This document shows positions 1 to 11,291 of a DNA stretch of 64,000 bases, one piece after another. Each line of letters starts with the position of its first letter. Position 1 is the first letter of the stretch. This DNA comes from Escherichia phage MX01. The notes below the pieces were generated by a model. That model was given only the letters and a program-made list of their open reading frames with translations, was not told where the DNA came from and searched no databases. The position numbers and the translations under genes were made by a program. Location: sequence record NC_031934.1. One strand, given 5' to 3'.

Positions 1-1
1 C

Positions 2-1492
<1,491 letters not shown>

Positions 1493-1521
1493 ACAATAAA
1501 GCATAACCAAGAGGATTCAAA

Positions 1522-3504
1522 ATGGCTTTATTATCACCGGGCATTGAGCTCAAAGAAACGTCCGTACAGAGTACTGTCGTTCGTAACGCAACGGGTCGTG
1601 CAGCGCTGGTTGGTAAATTCCAGTGGGGCCCTGCTTTCCAGGTAACTCAGATTACTAATGAAGTTGAACTGGTCGACTTATTTGGAGGTCCTAATAACGA
1701 AGTTGCCGATTACTTCATGTCGGGTATGAACTTCCTCCAGTATGGTAACGACCTTCGTACTGTTCGTGTTGTTAACCGTGAATTCGCTAAAAACGCATCT
1801 CCGGTAGCAGGTAACGTCCAAACCACTATTACTACTGCAGGTTCTAACTATGCGGTAGGCGATAAAATTAATATCAAATATAACCAGACTGTTGTTGAAT
1901 CTGAAGGTCGTGTAACTTCGGTTGATACCGACGGTAAAATTATGTCGGTGTTTATTCCTACCGGCAAGATTATTTCTTATGCTCGTTCTGTTAACCAATA
2001 TCCAGACCTTGGCGCTGCGTGGACTGCTGAAGTAACTTCTGCCTCTTCAGGTGTTTCTGGTACTATTACTGTCGGTAAAATCGTAACCGATTCCGGTATT
2101 CTGTTGACTGAAGCAGAGAACAGTGAAGAAGCTATTACTTCCCTAGAATTCCAAGCATCTCTTAAACAGTTTGGTATGCCTGGTGTAGTTGCTCTTTATC
2201 CTGGCGAAATTGGTAGTACTCTGGAAGTTGAAATTGTTTCTAAAGCGGCTTATGATGCAGGTTCTACTAAAATGTTGGATATTTATCCAAATGGCGGTAC
2301 TCGTGCTTCTGTAGCTAAAGCGGTATTCAACTACGGACCTCAGACCGATAACCAGTACGCTATTATTGTTCGTCGTGACGGTGCAATCGTAGAATCCGTC
2401 GTACTTTCTACCAAAGAAGGCGAAAAAGACGTTTACGGTAATAACATCTATCTGGATGATTATTTCGCTAAAGGTACTTCGAACTATATCTTCGCTACCT
2501 CGCTGAACTGGCCAGCCGGTTTTAGTGGTATCATTAATCTTATGGGTGGTGTATCTGCTAACGACCAGGTTACTGCAGGTGATTTGATGCAGGGTTGGGA
2601 TTTGTTCGCCGACCGTGAAGCACTCCATATTAACCTTTTGATTGCTGGTGCTGTTGCCGGTGAAGGTGATGAAGTTGCTTCTACCGTCCAGAAACACGTT
2701 GTTAGTATTGCTGATGAACGTCAGGATTGCTTAGCATTTATTTCTCCTCCTAAAGGACTGTTGGTTAACGTTCCATTGACTCGTGCAGTAGATAATCTTA
2801 TCGACTGGCGTACCGGTGCAGGTACTTTCGATGCCAACAACATGAACATTAGCACCACTTATGCTGCTATTGATGGTAACTATAAATATCAGTATGACAA
2901 ATATAATGACGTAAACCGTTGGGTGCCTCTGGCCGCTGATATGGCTGGTTTGTGTGCGCGTACAGATGATGTTTCTCAGCCTTGGATGTCTCCGGCCGGT
3001 TATAACCGTGGTCAGATTCTTAACGTTCTGAAATTGGCAATTGAACCACGTCAAGCTCAACGTGACCGCATGTACCAAGAAGCTATTAACCCGGTTGTCG
3101 GTTTTGCTGGTGGTGATGGATTCGTATTGTTTGGTGATAAGACTGCAACTAAAGTTCCATCTCCGATGGACCACATTAACGTTCGCCGTCTGTTCAACAT
3201 GCTTAAGAAAAATATCGGTGATGCCTCTAAATATAAGCTGTTTGAATTGAACGACAACTTCACTCGTTCAAGCTTCCGTATGGAAGTTTCTCAGTATTTA
3301 GATGGTATTAAGGCACTTGGTGGGATTTATGAAGGACGTGTGGTTTGTGATACTACGGTGAACACCCCTGCGGTTATCGACCGTAATGAGTTTATTGCTA
3401 ATATCTATGTTAAACCTTCTCGTTCTATTAACTACATCACGTTGAACTTCGTCGCAACGAGCACTGGTGCTGATTTTGATGAATTGATTGGACCTTTAGT
3501 ATAA
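1522..3504 (+). CDS. 18: Tail sheath protein gp18
   Basis: 660 aa; N-terminus MALLSPGIELKETSVQSTVVRNATGRAALVGKFQWGP matches T4 gp18; GAGGA RBS upstream; TATAAATA late box at 1485-1492. Confidence 0.97.
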   Translation: MALLSPGIELKETSVQSTVVRNATGRAALVGKFQWGPAFQVTQITNEVELVDLFGGPNNEVADYFMSGMNFLQYGNDLRTVRVVNREFAKNASPVAGNVQTTITTAGSNYAVGDKINIKYNQTVVESEGRVTSVDTDGKIMSVFIPTGKIISYARSVNQYPDLGAAWTAEVTSASSGVSGTITVGKIVTDSGILLTEAENSEEAITSLEFQASLKQFGMPGVVALYPGEIGSTLEVEIVSKAAYDAGSTKMLDIYPNGGTRASVAKAVFNYGPQTDNQYAIIVRRDGAIVESVVLSTKEGEKDVYGNNIYLDDYFAKGTSNYIFATSLNWPAGFSGIINLMGGVSANDQVTAGDLMQGWDLFADREALHINLLIAGAVAGEGDEVASTVQKHVVSIADERQDCLAFISPPKGLLVNVPLTRAVDNLIDWRTGAGTFDANNMNISTTYAAIDGNYKYQYDKYNDVNRWVPLAADMAGLCARTDDVSQPWMSPAGYNRGQILNVLKLAIEPRQAQRDRMYQEAINPVVGFAGGDGFVLFGDKTATKVPSPMDHINVRRLFNMLKKNIGDASKYKLFELNDNFTRSSFRMEVSQYLDGIKALGGIYEGRVVCDTTVNTPAVIDRNEFIANIYVKPSRSINYITLNFVATSTGADFDELIGPLV

Positions 3505-3629
3505 TCTATTATCCCAGGCTGTAATATAAAGAACCTAAAACCATTATACCATGTGTTTGGTTACAGCGTACATCACGTAGAATTGCGCCTGGGATTGATT
3601 ATTCTTTAGGAATATGATTTATCAACTGT

Positions 3630-3637
3630 TATAAATA
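3630..3637 (+). promoter_or_regulatory. Late promoter box TATAAATA upstream of gene 19
   Basis: Exact TATAAATA in 18-19 intergenic region. Confidence 0.6.
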
Positions 3638-3650
3638 AATTAATCAGAAC

Positions 3651-3671
3651 GTTCCTGGTGTGTCCAGGAAC
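3651..3671 (+). promoter_or_regulatory. 5'-UTR hairpin (8-bp stem GTTCCTGG/CCAGGAAC) in gene 19 leader
   Basis: Perfect inverted repeat with 5-nt loop between the late box and the start codon. Confidence 0.5.
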
Positions 3672-3689
3672 TGACTTATGAGGCATCCC

Positions 3690-4181
3690 ATGGAGTTGAC
3701 AGATATCACTCGTGCATTTGAGTCAGGTGACTTTGCACGCCCTAACCTTTTCGAAGTGGAAATTCCATTTCTTGGTAAAAACTTTAGCTTTAAATGTAAA
3801 GCAGCACCTATGCCGGCAGGCATTGTAGAAAAAGTACCGGTTGGCTACATGAACCGTAAAATTAACGTAGCTGGTGACCGTACGTTTGATGATTGGACCA
3901 TTACCATTTATAACGATGATGCACATGACACTCGTCAAGCAATTGTTGATTGGCAGAATCTCTGTCATGGTATGACCAATGAAATCACCGGTGCAGCACC
4001 TGCAGAATATAAGAAACAAGCAGTAGTTCGCCAGTTCCATCGTGACGGCAAGACTGTGACCAAAGAAGTTACAATTTACGGCTTATGGCCTACTAACGTT
4101 GGTGAAGTCCAGATGGATTGGGACAGCAACAACGAGGTAGAAACTTTCGAATCTACGTTCGCTATCGATTGGTGGGAATGA
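3690..4181 (+). CDS. 19: Tail tube protein gp19
   Basis: 163 aa from second in-frame ATG (GAGG RBS 6 nt upstream); TRAFESGDFARPNLFEVEI... and C-terminal region match T4 gp19. Confidence 0.93.
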   Translation: MELTDITRAFESGDFARPNLFEVEIPFLGKNFSFKCKAAPMPAGIVEKVPVGYMNRKINVAGDRTFDDWTITIYNDDAHDTRQAIVDWQNLCHGMTNEITGAAPAEYKKQAVVRQFHRDGKTVTKEVTIYGLWPTNVGEVQMDWDSNNEVETFESTFAIDWWE

Positions 4182-4189
4182 GTATAAAT
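4182..4189 (+). promoter_or_regulatory. Late promoter box TATAAATA upstream of gene 20
   Basis: Exact TATAAATA right after gene 19 stop. Confidence 0.6.
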
Positions 4190-4197
4190 AGAATTAT

Positions 4198-4215
4198 CAA
4201 GGAGCTTCGGCTCCT
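4198..4215 (+). terminator. UUCG-tetraloop hairpin between genes 19 and 20 (AAGGAGC-TTCG-GCTCCTT)
   Basis: 7-bp stem with TTCG loop; likely partial terminator or stabilising 5' hairpin. Confidence 0.5.
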
Positions 4216-4238
4216 TATCCCATTCATCGGAGACTCTA

Positions 4239-5813
4239 ATGGCAAACTTTAATACAATATTAAGTTTTCTTAAGCCATGGGCTAATGAAGACGAAAAAGA
4301 ATATAAACAACAAATTAATAACAATTTAGAGTCTGTCACCGCACCTAAGCTTGATGATGGCGCTCGCGAAATTGAGACACAAGAGCAAAATATTCCTTAT
4401 AATGCTCTTATGCAACAGATGTTTGGTAGTAATGAGCCTGAAGTTAAAAATACCAGGGAACTTATTGATACCTACCGTAATTTAATGAACAACTATGAAG
4501 TCGACAACGCCGTACAGGAAATTGTGTCTGACGCTATTGTCTATGAGGATGATAAAGAAGTAGTTGCATTGAATTTAGACGGGACAGAATTTAGTCAAGC
4601 AATTAAAGATAAAATCTTGGCCGAATTCAGTGAAGTTTTAAACCTTTTAAATTTCCAACGTAAAGGCACTGACCATTTCCAGCGCTGGTATGTAGACTCA
4701 AGAATTTTCTTTCATAAAATTATAAACCCTAAAAAAATGAAAGATGGCGTACAAGAGCTTCGTCGCTTAGACCCACGCCAAGTCCAATATATTCGTGAAA
4801 TCGTTACACGTATGGAAGATGGTGTTAAAGTTGTAGACGGATATCGCGAGTTTTTCGTTTATGATACAGGCCATGAAAGTTATTGCGCTGATGGACGCAT
4901 TTATTCAGCCGGGACTAAAGTTAAAATTCCTCGTGCTGCTGTGGTTTATGCACATTCCGGATTATTAGATTGTTGTGGTAAAAACATCATCGGCTATTTG
5001 CAACGCGCTATTAAGCCTGCAAACCAGCTTAAATTGATGGAAGATGCAATGGTCATCTACCGTATTACCCGTGCTCCTGACCGTCGTGTATTCTATATCG
5101 ATACAGGTAATATGCCTTCACGTAAGGCTGCAGCACAAATGCAACATATCATGAACACGATGAAAAACCGTGTGGTGTATGATGCTTCGACAGGTAAAAT
5201 TAAAAACCAACAACACAATATGTCCATGACTGAAGACTATTGGTTGCAACGTCGTGATGGTAAAGCGGTAACAGAAGTTGATACAATGCCAGGTGCTACT
5301 GGTATGAGTGATATGGATGACGTTCTTTATTTCCGCACAGCACTTTACCGTGCGTTGCGTGTTCCTGAATCACGTATCCCTAGCGAGTCTAATTCTGGTG
5401 TTATGTTTGATGCCGGTACAGCAATCACTCGTGACGAATTAAAATTCTCTAAATGGATTCGTCAACTACAAAACAAATTTGAAGAAATTTTCCTAGACCC
5501 GTTAAAAACAAACCTCATTCTTAAAAAGATTATTACAGAAGATGAGTGGGAAAAGGAAATAAATAATATTAAAGTTACGTTTAACCGTGATAGCTATTTC
5601 AGTGAAATGAAAGATGCTGAAATCATGGAACGCAGAATCAATATGCTAACGATGGCTGAACCATTTATTGGTAAGTATATTTCACATCAAACGGCTATGA
5701 AAGATTTCCTCCAAATGACCGACGAAGAAATTAATCAAGAAGCTAAGCAAATTGAAGAAGAGTCTAAAGAGGCTCGTTTCCAAAACCCAGATGAAGAAGA
5801 AGAGGATTTCTAA
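4239..5813 (+). CDS. 20: Portal vertex protein gp20
   Basis: 524 aa, same length as T4 gp20; position between 19 and 67; late box at 4182-4189. Confidence 0.95.
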   Translation: MANFNTILSFLKPWANEDEKEYKQQINNNLESVTAPKLDDGAREIETQEQNIPYNALMQQMFGSNEPEVKNTRELIDTYRNLMNNYEVDNAVQEIVSDAIVYEDDKEVVALNLDGTEFSQAIKDKILAEFSEVLNLLNFQRKGTDHFQRWYVDSRIFFHKIINPKKMKDGVQELRRLDPRQVQYIREIVTRMEDGVKVVDGYREFFVYDTGHESYCADGRIYSAGTKVKIPRAAVVYAHSGLLDCCGKNIIGYLQRAIKPANQLKLMEDAMVIYRITRAPDRRVFYIDTGNMPSRKAAAQMQHIMNTMKNRVVYDASTGKIKNQQHNMSMTEDYWLQRRDGKAVTEVDTMPGATGMSDMDDVLYFRTALYRALRVPESRIPSESNSGVMFDAGTAITRDELKFSKWIRQLQNKFEEIFLDPLKTNLILKKIITEDEWEKEINNIKVTFNRDSYFSEMKDAEIMERRINMLTMAEPFIGKYISHQTAMKDFLQMTDEEINQEAKQIEEESKEARFQNPDEEEEDF

Positions 5814-6058
5814 TGGAAGATTTAATCGAAGCTATTAAATCAAACGACCTCGTAGCAGTTCGTAAAGCAGCAGCCCCGCTTATCGAATCTCGAGTAACCG
5901 CTTTGATTGAAGCCCGTAAAGCAGAAATTGCTCGCTCCGTTATGATTGAAGGCGAAGAAGCTGACGAAGATGACGAAGACGACGAAAAATCCGATAAAGC
6001 AGATAAGAAAGACAAAAAAGAATCTGACGATGCGGATGATGACGAGGACGACGAATAA
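5813..6058 (+). CDS. 67: Prohead core protein gp67
   Basis: 81 aa with highly acidic C-terminal tail (DEDDEDDE...), position between 20 and 68, start overlaps stop of gene 20. Confidence 0.85.
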   Translation: MEDLIEAIKSNDLVAVRKAAAPLIESRVTALIEARKAEIARSVMIEGEEADEDDEDDEKSDKADKKDKKESDDADDDEDDE

Positions 6059-6486
6059 TGTTCCTTATCCCTGATGATTACGAATTAACTCTAGAAAGTG
6101 TAGAGGCCAAAATTCCAGAAGCACAGGGACGTTTTGCTGCTCTTTCTGAAGCGCTCGAGAAAAGCGATATAAATAATCTTGTAGAGAACATGATTGCTGA
6201 AGGCGATATCGAATGTGCTATCGCTCTTGGTTCTTTAAATGAATCAATGGCTCTTAACGAATTTATCGTTAAACACGTTTCCTCTAAAGGTGTGCTTACT
6301 CGTACTAAAGATATTAAAACCCGTCAACGTAACGCATTCCAAACGACAGGTTTATCTAAAGCAAAACGCCGTCAGATTGCTCGTAAAGCATCTAAAACCA
6401 AACGTGCTAACCCGTCTACTCAAGTACGTGCCGAACGTAAGCGTAAGAAAGCCCGTTCTAAACGTAAAGCTTTTGGACTTAACTAA
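6058..6486 (+). CDS. 68: Prohead core protein gp68
   Basis: 142 aa, basic C-terminus, position between 67 and 21, start overlaps upstream stop (TAATG). Confidence 0.85.
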   Translation: MFLIPDDYELTLESVEAKIPEAQGRFAALSEALEKSDINNLVENMIAEGDIECAIALGSLNESMALNEFIVKHVSSKGVLTRTKDIKTRQRNAFQTTGLSKAKRRQIARKASKTKRANPSTQVRAERKRKKARSKRKAFGLN

Positions 6487-7121
6487 TGAAACCTGAATTG
6501 CTCATCGAACATTGGGGACAACCAGGTGAAATTATCGATGGGGTTCCTATGTTGGAATCTCATGATGGAAAAAATTCTGGGCTTGCTCCCGGCCTTTATA
6601 TAGAAGGCATTTTCATGCAAGCAGAGGTAGTTAACCGTAATAAACGCCTTTACCCAAAACCTATTTTGGAAAAAGCCGTTTCTGATTATATGGCAGAACA
6701 GGTTGCTACTAAACAAGCTTTAGGAGAATTAAACCATCCACCTCGTGCTAACGTTGACCCCATGCAAGCTGCTATCATTATTGAAGATATGTGGTGGAAA
6801 GGTAATGATGTTTATGGACGTGCACGTATCATCGAAGGTGACCATGGCCCGGGTGACAAACTAGCTGCAAATATCCGAGCTGGCTGGGTTCCTGGTGTTA
6901 GTTCTCGCGGTCTTGGTTCTTTAACTGAAACCAATAAAGGATATAAGCGTGTAAACGAAGGTTATAAATTAACCGTCGGTGTTGATGCAGTATGGGGACC
7001 ATCTGCTCCTGATGCTTATGTAACTCCAAAGCAAATTACAGAATCACAAACGGTAGAAACCGATACCAGTGCCGATGACGCCTTTATGGCTCTCGCAGAG
7101 GCCATGAAAAAAGCGTTATAA
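6486..7121 (+). CDS. 21: Prohead core scaffold/protease gp21
   Basis: 211 aa (T4 gp21 about 212 aa); position between 68 and 22. Confidence 0.92.
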   Translation: MKPELLIEHWGQPGEIIDGVPMLESHDGKNSGLAPGLYIEGIFMQAEVVNRNKRLYPKPILEKAVSDYMAEQVATKQALGELNHPPRANVDPMQAAIIIEDMWWKGNDVYGRARIIEGDHGPGDKLAANIRAGWVPGVSSRGLGSLTETNKGYKRVNEGYKLTVGVDAVWGPSAPDAYVTPKQITESQTVETDTSADDAFMALAEAMKKAL

Positions 7122-7124
7122 ATA
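7117..7124 (+). promoter_or_regulatory. Late promoter box TATAAATA upstream of gene 22
   Basis: Exact TATAAATA about 28 nt upstream of gene 22 ATG. Confidence 0.6.
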
Positions 7125-7151
7125 TTATTATCTAAACAACAGGACTACAAA

Positions 7152-7967
7152 ATGCTTAAAGAACAACTGATCGCCGAAGCACAGAATATTGATGCTTCCG
7201 TTGCTCTTGATAGTATTTTCGAATCAGTTAATATTTCTCCGGAAGCAAAAGAAACTTTCGGCACTGTATTCGAAGCTACCGTCAAGCAACACGCCGTGAA
7301 ACTGGCTGAATCTCACATCGCTAAAATCGCTGAAAAAGCGGAAGAAGAAGTCGAGAAAAATAAAGAAGAAGCTGAAGAAAAAGCCGATAAGAAAATCCAA
7401 GAAGCTGCCGGTCGTTTCCTTGACCACGTTGCTAAAGAATGGATGGCTGAAAACCAGCTGGCTGTTGATAAAGGTATTAAAGCCGAACTGTTCGAATCCA
7501 TGTTGATGGGTATGAAAGAACTGTTTGTTGAACACAATGTGGTTGTTCCAGAAGAAGCAGTAGATGTTGTTGCTGAAATGGAAGAAGAGCTCCAAGAGCA
7601 GAAAGATGAAACCGCTCGTCTGTTCGAAGAAGTTGGTATGCGCGATGCGTATATTAATTACGTACAGCGTGAAGTTGCTGTTACGGAAGCAACTAAAGAC
7701 CTGACCGAATCTCAAAAAGAAAAAGTCAGTTCTCTGGTAGAAGGCATGGATTATTCCGATGCATTCGGTAAAAAAATTGGCGCTATTGTTGAAATGGTTA
7801 AAGGTCAGTCTGACGTTGGAACCCCAATCACCGAAGCCGCTATAAATAAAAATGTAGACGATGCTGCGGCACTGAATTACATTTCAGAAGCAGTTGAAGA
7901 AAAAGGCGCTAAGCCTACCCTGTCCTTCGCGGACCTGTCTGCAATCGCAGCATCACGAATTTCTTAA
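7152..7967 (+). CDS. 22: Prohead core scaffold protein gp22
   Basis: 271 aa acidic coiled-coil-like protein (EE/KE rich), position before gene 23; late box at 7117-7124. Confidence 0.92.
   Translation: MLKEQLIAEAQNIDASVALDSIFESVNISPEAKETFGTVFEATVKQHAVKLAESHIAKIAEKAEEEVEKNKEEAEEKADKKIQEAAGRFLDHVAKEWMAENQLAVDKGIKAELFESMLMGMKELFVEHNVVVPEEAVDVVAEMEEELQEQKDETARLFEEVGMRDAYINYVQREVAVTEATKDLTESQKEKVSSLVEGMDYSDAFGKKIGAIVEMVKGQSDVGTPITEAAINKNVDDAAALNYISEAVEEKGAKPTLSFADLSAIAASRIS
7841..7848 (+). promoter_or_regulatory. Late promoter box TATAAATA for gene 23 (within 3' end of gene 22)
   Basis: Exact TATAAATA about 140 nt upstream of gene 23. Confidence 0.55.
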
Positions 7968-7988
7968 TTTAATAAGGTTATACAACAC

Positions 7989-9548
7989 ATGAAAAAGAAT
8001 GCATTAGTTCAAAAATGGTCCGCTCTGCTGGAAAACGAAGCCCTTCCTGAAATCGTGGGTGCTTCTAAACAAGCTATCATCGCTAAAATTTTCGAAAACC
8101 AGGAACAAGACATCCTGACTGCCCCGGAATACCGTGATGAAAAAATCTCTGAAGCATTTGGTTCTTTCCTGACCGAAGCTGAAATTGGTGGTGACCACGG
8201 TTATGATGCTACCAATATCGCAGCTGGCCAGACTTCTGGTGCTGTAACTCAGATTGGGCCGGCAGTAATGGGTATGGTTCGTCGTGCTATTCCTCATCTG
8301 ATTGCTTTTGATATTTGTGGTGTTCAGCCTCTGAATAACCCTACCGGCCAGGTATTTGCCCTTCGTGCAGTTTATGGTAAAGACCCTATCGCTGCTGGCG
8401 CTAAAGAAGCTTTCCATCCGATGTATTCTCCGGACTCTATGTTCTCTGGTCAGGGTGCTGCTGAATCTTTCGAAGCACTGGCTGCAAGCAAAGTTCTGGA
8501 AGTTGGTAAAATTTATTCTCACTTCTTCGAAGCTACCGGTGCTGCACACTTCCAGGCAGTTGAAGCCGTAACCGTTGATGCTGCTGCTACTGATGCCGCT
8601 AAACTGGATGTTGCTGTTACCGCTTTGATTGAAGCTGGTAAGTTGGCTGAAATCGCTGAAGGTATGGCTACTTCTATCGCTGAACTTCAGGAAGGCTTTA
8701 ACGGTTCCCAGGATAACCCGTGGAACGAAATGGGCTTCCGCATCGACAAACAAGTTATCGAAGCTAAATCCCGTCAGCTGAAAGCAAGCTATTCTATCGA
8801 ACTGGCACAGGACCTTCGTGCAGTACACGGTATGGATGCAGACGCTGAACTGTCCGGTATCCTTGCTACCGAAATTATGCTCGAAATCAACCGTGAAGTT
8901 ATCGATTGGATTAACTACTCTGCACAGGTTGGTAAATCTGGCCAGACTCAGACCGTTGGTTCTAAAGCTGGTGTGTTTGACTTCCAGGACCCGATTGATA
9001 TCCGTGGTGCTCGTTGGGCCGGTGAGAGCTTTAAAGCCCTTCTGTTCCAGATTGATAAAGAAGCAGCCGAAATCGCTCGTCAGACCGGTCGTGGTGCTGG
9101 TAACTTCATCATCGCTTCCCGTAACGTAGTTAACGTACTGGCTGCAGTTGATACTTCTGTAAGTTATGCAGCTCAAGGTCTGGGTCAAGGTTTCAACGTT
9201 GACACAACCAAAGCAGTATTTGCCGGTGTTCTTGGTGGTAAATATCGCGTTTACATCGACCAGTATGCACGTTCCGATTACTTCACCATCGGTTATAAAG
9301 GCGCTAACGAAATGGACGCAGGTATCTACTACGCTCCGTACGTTGCACTGACCCCGCTGCGTGGTTCCGATCCGAAGAACTTCCAACCGGTAATGGGCTT
9401 CAAAACTCGTTACGGTATCGGTATCAACCCGTTCGCTGACCCGTCTGCACAGGCTCCTACCAAACGTATTCAGAGCGGTATGCCTGACATCGTTAACAGC
9501 CTTGGTCTGAATGGTTACTTTAGACGCGTCTACGTTAAAGGAATTTAA
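7989..9548 (+). CDS. 23: Major capsid protein gp23
   Basis: 519 aa; sequence recognisable as T4 gp23; late box at 7841-7848; strong terminator hairpin downstream. Confidence 0.98.
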   Translation: MKKNALVQKWSALLENEALPEIVGASKQAIIAKIFENQEQDILTAPEYRDEKISEAFGSFLTEAEIGGDHGYDATNIAAGQTSGAVTQIGPAVMGMVRRAIPHLIAFDICGVQPLNNPTGQVFALRAVYGKDPIAAGAKEAFHPMYSPDSMFSGQGAAESFEALAASKVLEVGKIYSHFFEATGAAHFQAVEAVTVDAAATDAAKLDVAVTALIEAGKLAEIAEGMATSIAELQEGFNGSQDNPWNEMGFRIDKQVIEAKSRQLKASYSIELAQDLRAVHGMDADAELSGILATEIMLEINREVIDWINYSAQVGKSGQTQTVGSKAGVFDFQDPIDIRGARWAGESFKALLFQIDKEAAEIARQTGRGAGNFIIASRNVVNVLAAVDTSVSYAAQGLGQGFNVDTTKAVFAGVLGGKYRVYIDQYARSDYFTIGYKGANEMDAGIYYAPYVALTPLRGSDPKNFQPVMGFKTRYGIGINPFADPSAQAPTKRIQSGMPDIVNSLGLNGYFRRVYVKGI

Positions 9549-9578
9549 TGCTTTAACGTTAAAAATACATAACCTTAT

Positions 9579-9596
9579 GGGAGACTTCGGTCTCCC
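9579..9596. terminator. Intrinsic terminator hairpin after gene 23 (GGGAGAC-TTCG-GTCTCCC), bidirectional at convergent junction
   Basis: 7-bp GC-rich stem, TTCG tetraloop, followed by T-rich tract. Confidence 0.8.
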
Positions 9597-9611
9597 ATTC
9601 TTGTTTCTGTA

Positions 9612-9878
9612 CTATGCAATCTTAACTCGGCGGTTGATGATATCACGGAAGTCAATACGATTTTCTTGGATTTTCAGCCAGTTACCGGATTTGTCTTTGG
9701 TATGGGTAGAATATTCGCCGTTCCACCAGAAATCGGTTTCATAAGCCAGAGCTTCGTATTTCTTAACCAATGCATTAACTGCATTACCATTAGGATTGGT
9801 ACCGAATTTTTCTACCAGAGCTTTGATGTCTTTGTCAAGGTTAGAAAGCGTGGTACGGATAAAGTTTAATTTGTTCAT
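9612..9878 (-). CDS. Hypothetical early protein inserted between genes 23 and 24 (start chosen at second ATG, GAGGAG RBS)
   Basis: ORF on opposite strand to flanking late genes; own GTTTAC-N18-TACTATAGAC promoter upstream (9904-9937); terminator hairpin downstream; no recognisable domain. Confidence 0.5.
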   Translation of the reverse strand: MNKLNFIRTTLSNLDKDIKALVEKFGTNPNGNAVNALVKKYEALAYETDFWWNGEYSTHTKDKSGNWLKIQENRIDFRDIINRRVKIA

Positions 9879-9903
9879 TTTTAATCTCCTCATGTTTTGA
9901 TAG

Positions 9904-9937
9904 GTCTATAGTAACACGACGCTTTTTGTGTGTAAAC
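9904..9937 (-). promoter_or_regulatory. Early sigma70-type promoter (GTTTAC-N18-TACTATAGAC) for ORF 9612..9878
   Basis: Minus-strand GTTTAC and TACTATAGAC elements; same -10 core recurs before other minus-strand early genes. Confidence 0.55.
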
Positions 9938-9943
9938 CACTTT

Positions 9944-9951
9944 TATAAATA
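9944..9951 (+). promoter_or_regulatory. Late promoter box TATAAATA upstream of gene 24
   Basis: Exact TATAAATA about 30 nt upstream of gene 24 ATG. Confidence 0.6.
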
Positions 9952-9980
9952 AAATTATATTCTCAATAAGGAAAATAGCA

Positions 9981-11261
9981 ATGGCTAAAATTAACGACCT
10001 TTTAAAAGAGTCGACCACTACTTCGAGTTCTTCGATTGGTCGTCCAAATTTAGTAGCTTTAACCAGAGCTACGACCAAACTGATTTATACCGACCTTGTA
10101 GCTCAGCAGCGTACTAACCAACCTTTGGCTGCTCTATATGGTATCAAATATCTTACAGAAAAAAACGAATTATCTTTCCAGACAGGTGCTACTTATTCTG
10201 GTGCAGTATCCGCTAAAGACCGTGCCACTATCCCAGTTTTCACAGCAGGTGCTGTTTACGCTAAAGATGATTTGTTCCAATTTGAAAACGTAGTTTATAA
10301 AGCTTTGGTAGCAACACCATTTGCCGGTGCTACTGGTGATGAATACGAACAACTTCAAGAAGCTATTGTTAAATTAACCATTCGTATTATGTCTGACGCC
10401 GCACTGACTGAGCGTTTTGAAGGTCCTCAAGAAGTAGATATCTCTGAAGCCAGATTCATCGTTAATAAATGGAACGCTCCGGTTAAATCCCGTAAGTTGA
10501 AGAGTACTGTTACCGTAGAACTGGCTCAAGACCTCGAAGCAAATGGTTTCGATGCCCCTAATTTCTTGGAAGACCTCCTGGCTACTGAAATGGCTGATGA
10601 AATCAACAAAGATATTCTTCAGTCCCTGGTTACGGTTTCCAAGCGTTATAAAGTTGAAGGTTTGTGTGATGATGGCTTAATTGACCTGAGTTATGCTAAC
10701 TCACCGGAAGCTTCTCGCAAGCTTTATGAAATAGTTTGTGAAATGGTTTCTCATATCCAGCGCGCAACCTCTTATACGGCAACTTATGTAGTAGCGAGTA
10801 CTCGCGTAGCCGCTGTTCTGGCTGGTTCCGGATGGTTAAGACACACCCCACAGAACGACAAATATCTTTCTGCAAATGCATACGGATTCCTGGAAAATGG
10901 TTTGCCTGTGTATTGTGATACCAACACGCCAATTGATTATGTTACTGTAGGTGTTAAAGAGGAATTTGGTGGGAAAGAAGCGGTAGGTTCTTTGTTCTAT
11001 GCGCCGTATACAGAAGGCCTTGATTTGGCTGACCCTGAACATGTGGGTACATTTAAAGTGGTCGTTGACCCTGAAAGCCTGCAACCATCTATTGCATTAA
11101 TGGTTCGTTATGCACTGGCTGCTAACCCTTATACGGTTACTGCTGATGATAAACAAGCCCGTATTATTGATGCGACTAATATGGATTTGATGGCGGGACG
11201 TTCTGATATGTCTGTATTGCTTGGTGTGAAACTTCCTAAAGTTTTGACTGAATTAAACTAA
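9981..11261 (+). CDS. 24: Head vertex protein gp24
   Basis: 426 aa (T4 gp24 427 aa), gp23-like fold paralog at expected position; late box at 9944-9951. Confidence 0.95.
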   Translation: MAKINDLLKESTTTSSSSIGRPNLVALTRATTKLIYTDLVAQQRTNQPLAALYGIKYLTEKNELSFQTGATYSGAVSAKDRATIPVFTAGAVYAKDDLFQFENVVYKALVATPFAGATGDEYEQLQEAIVKLTIRIMSDAALTERFEGPQEVDISEARFIVNKWNAPVKSRKLKSTVTVELAQDLEANGFDAPNFLEDLLATEMADEINKDILQSLVTVSKRYKVEGLCDDGLIDLSYANSPEASRKLYEIVCEMVSHIQRATSYTATYVVASTRVAAVLAGSGWLRHTPQNDKYLSANAYGFLENGLPVYCDTNTPIDYVTVGVKEEFGGKEAVGSLFYAPYTEGLDLADPEHVGTFKVVVDPESLQPSIALMVRYALAANPYTVTADDKQARIIDATNMDLMAGRSDMSVLLGVKLPKVLTELN

Positions 11262-11264
11262 CAA

Positions 11265-11286
11265 AAAGGGACCGTAAGGTCCCTTT
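11265..11286. terminator. Bidirectional terminator hairpin between gene 24 and rnlB (AAAGGGACC-GTAA-GGTCCCTTT)
   Basis: 9-bp stem, tetraloop, A/T tracts on both sides. Confidence 0.8.
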
Positions 11287-11291
11287 GTCGT

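Noticed and set aside
8004-9386. 460-aa ORF antisense to the major capsid gene 23
   Set aside because: Lies entirely within and opposite gene 23, has no RBS or promoter, and its translation is low-complexity; a long antisense frame is a common artefact of strong codon bias in a highly expressed gene.
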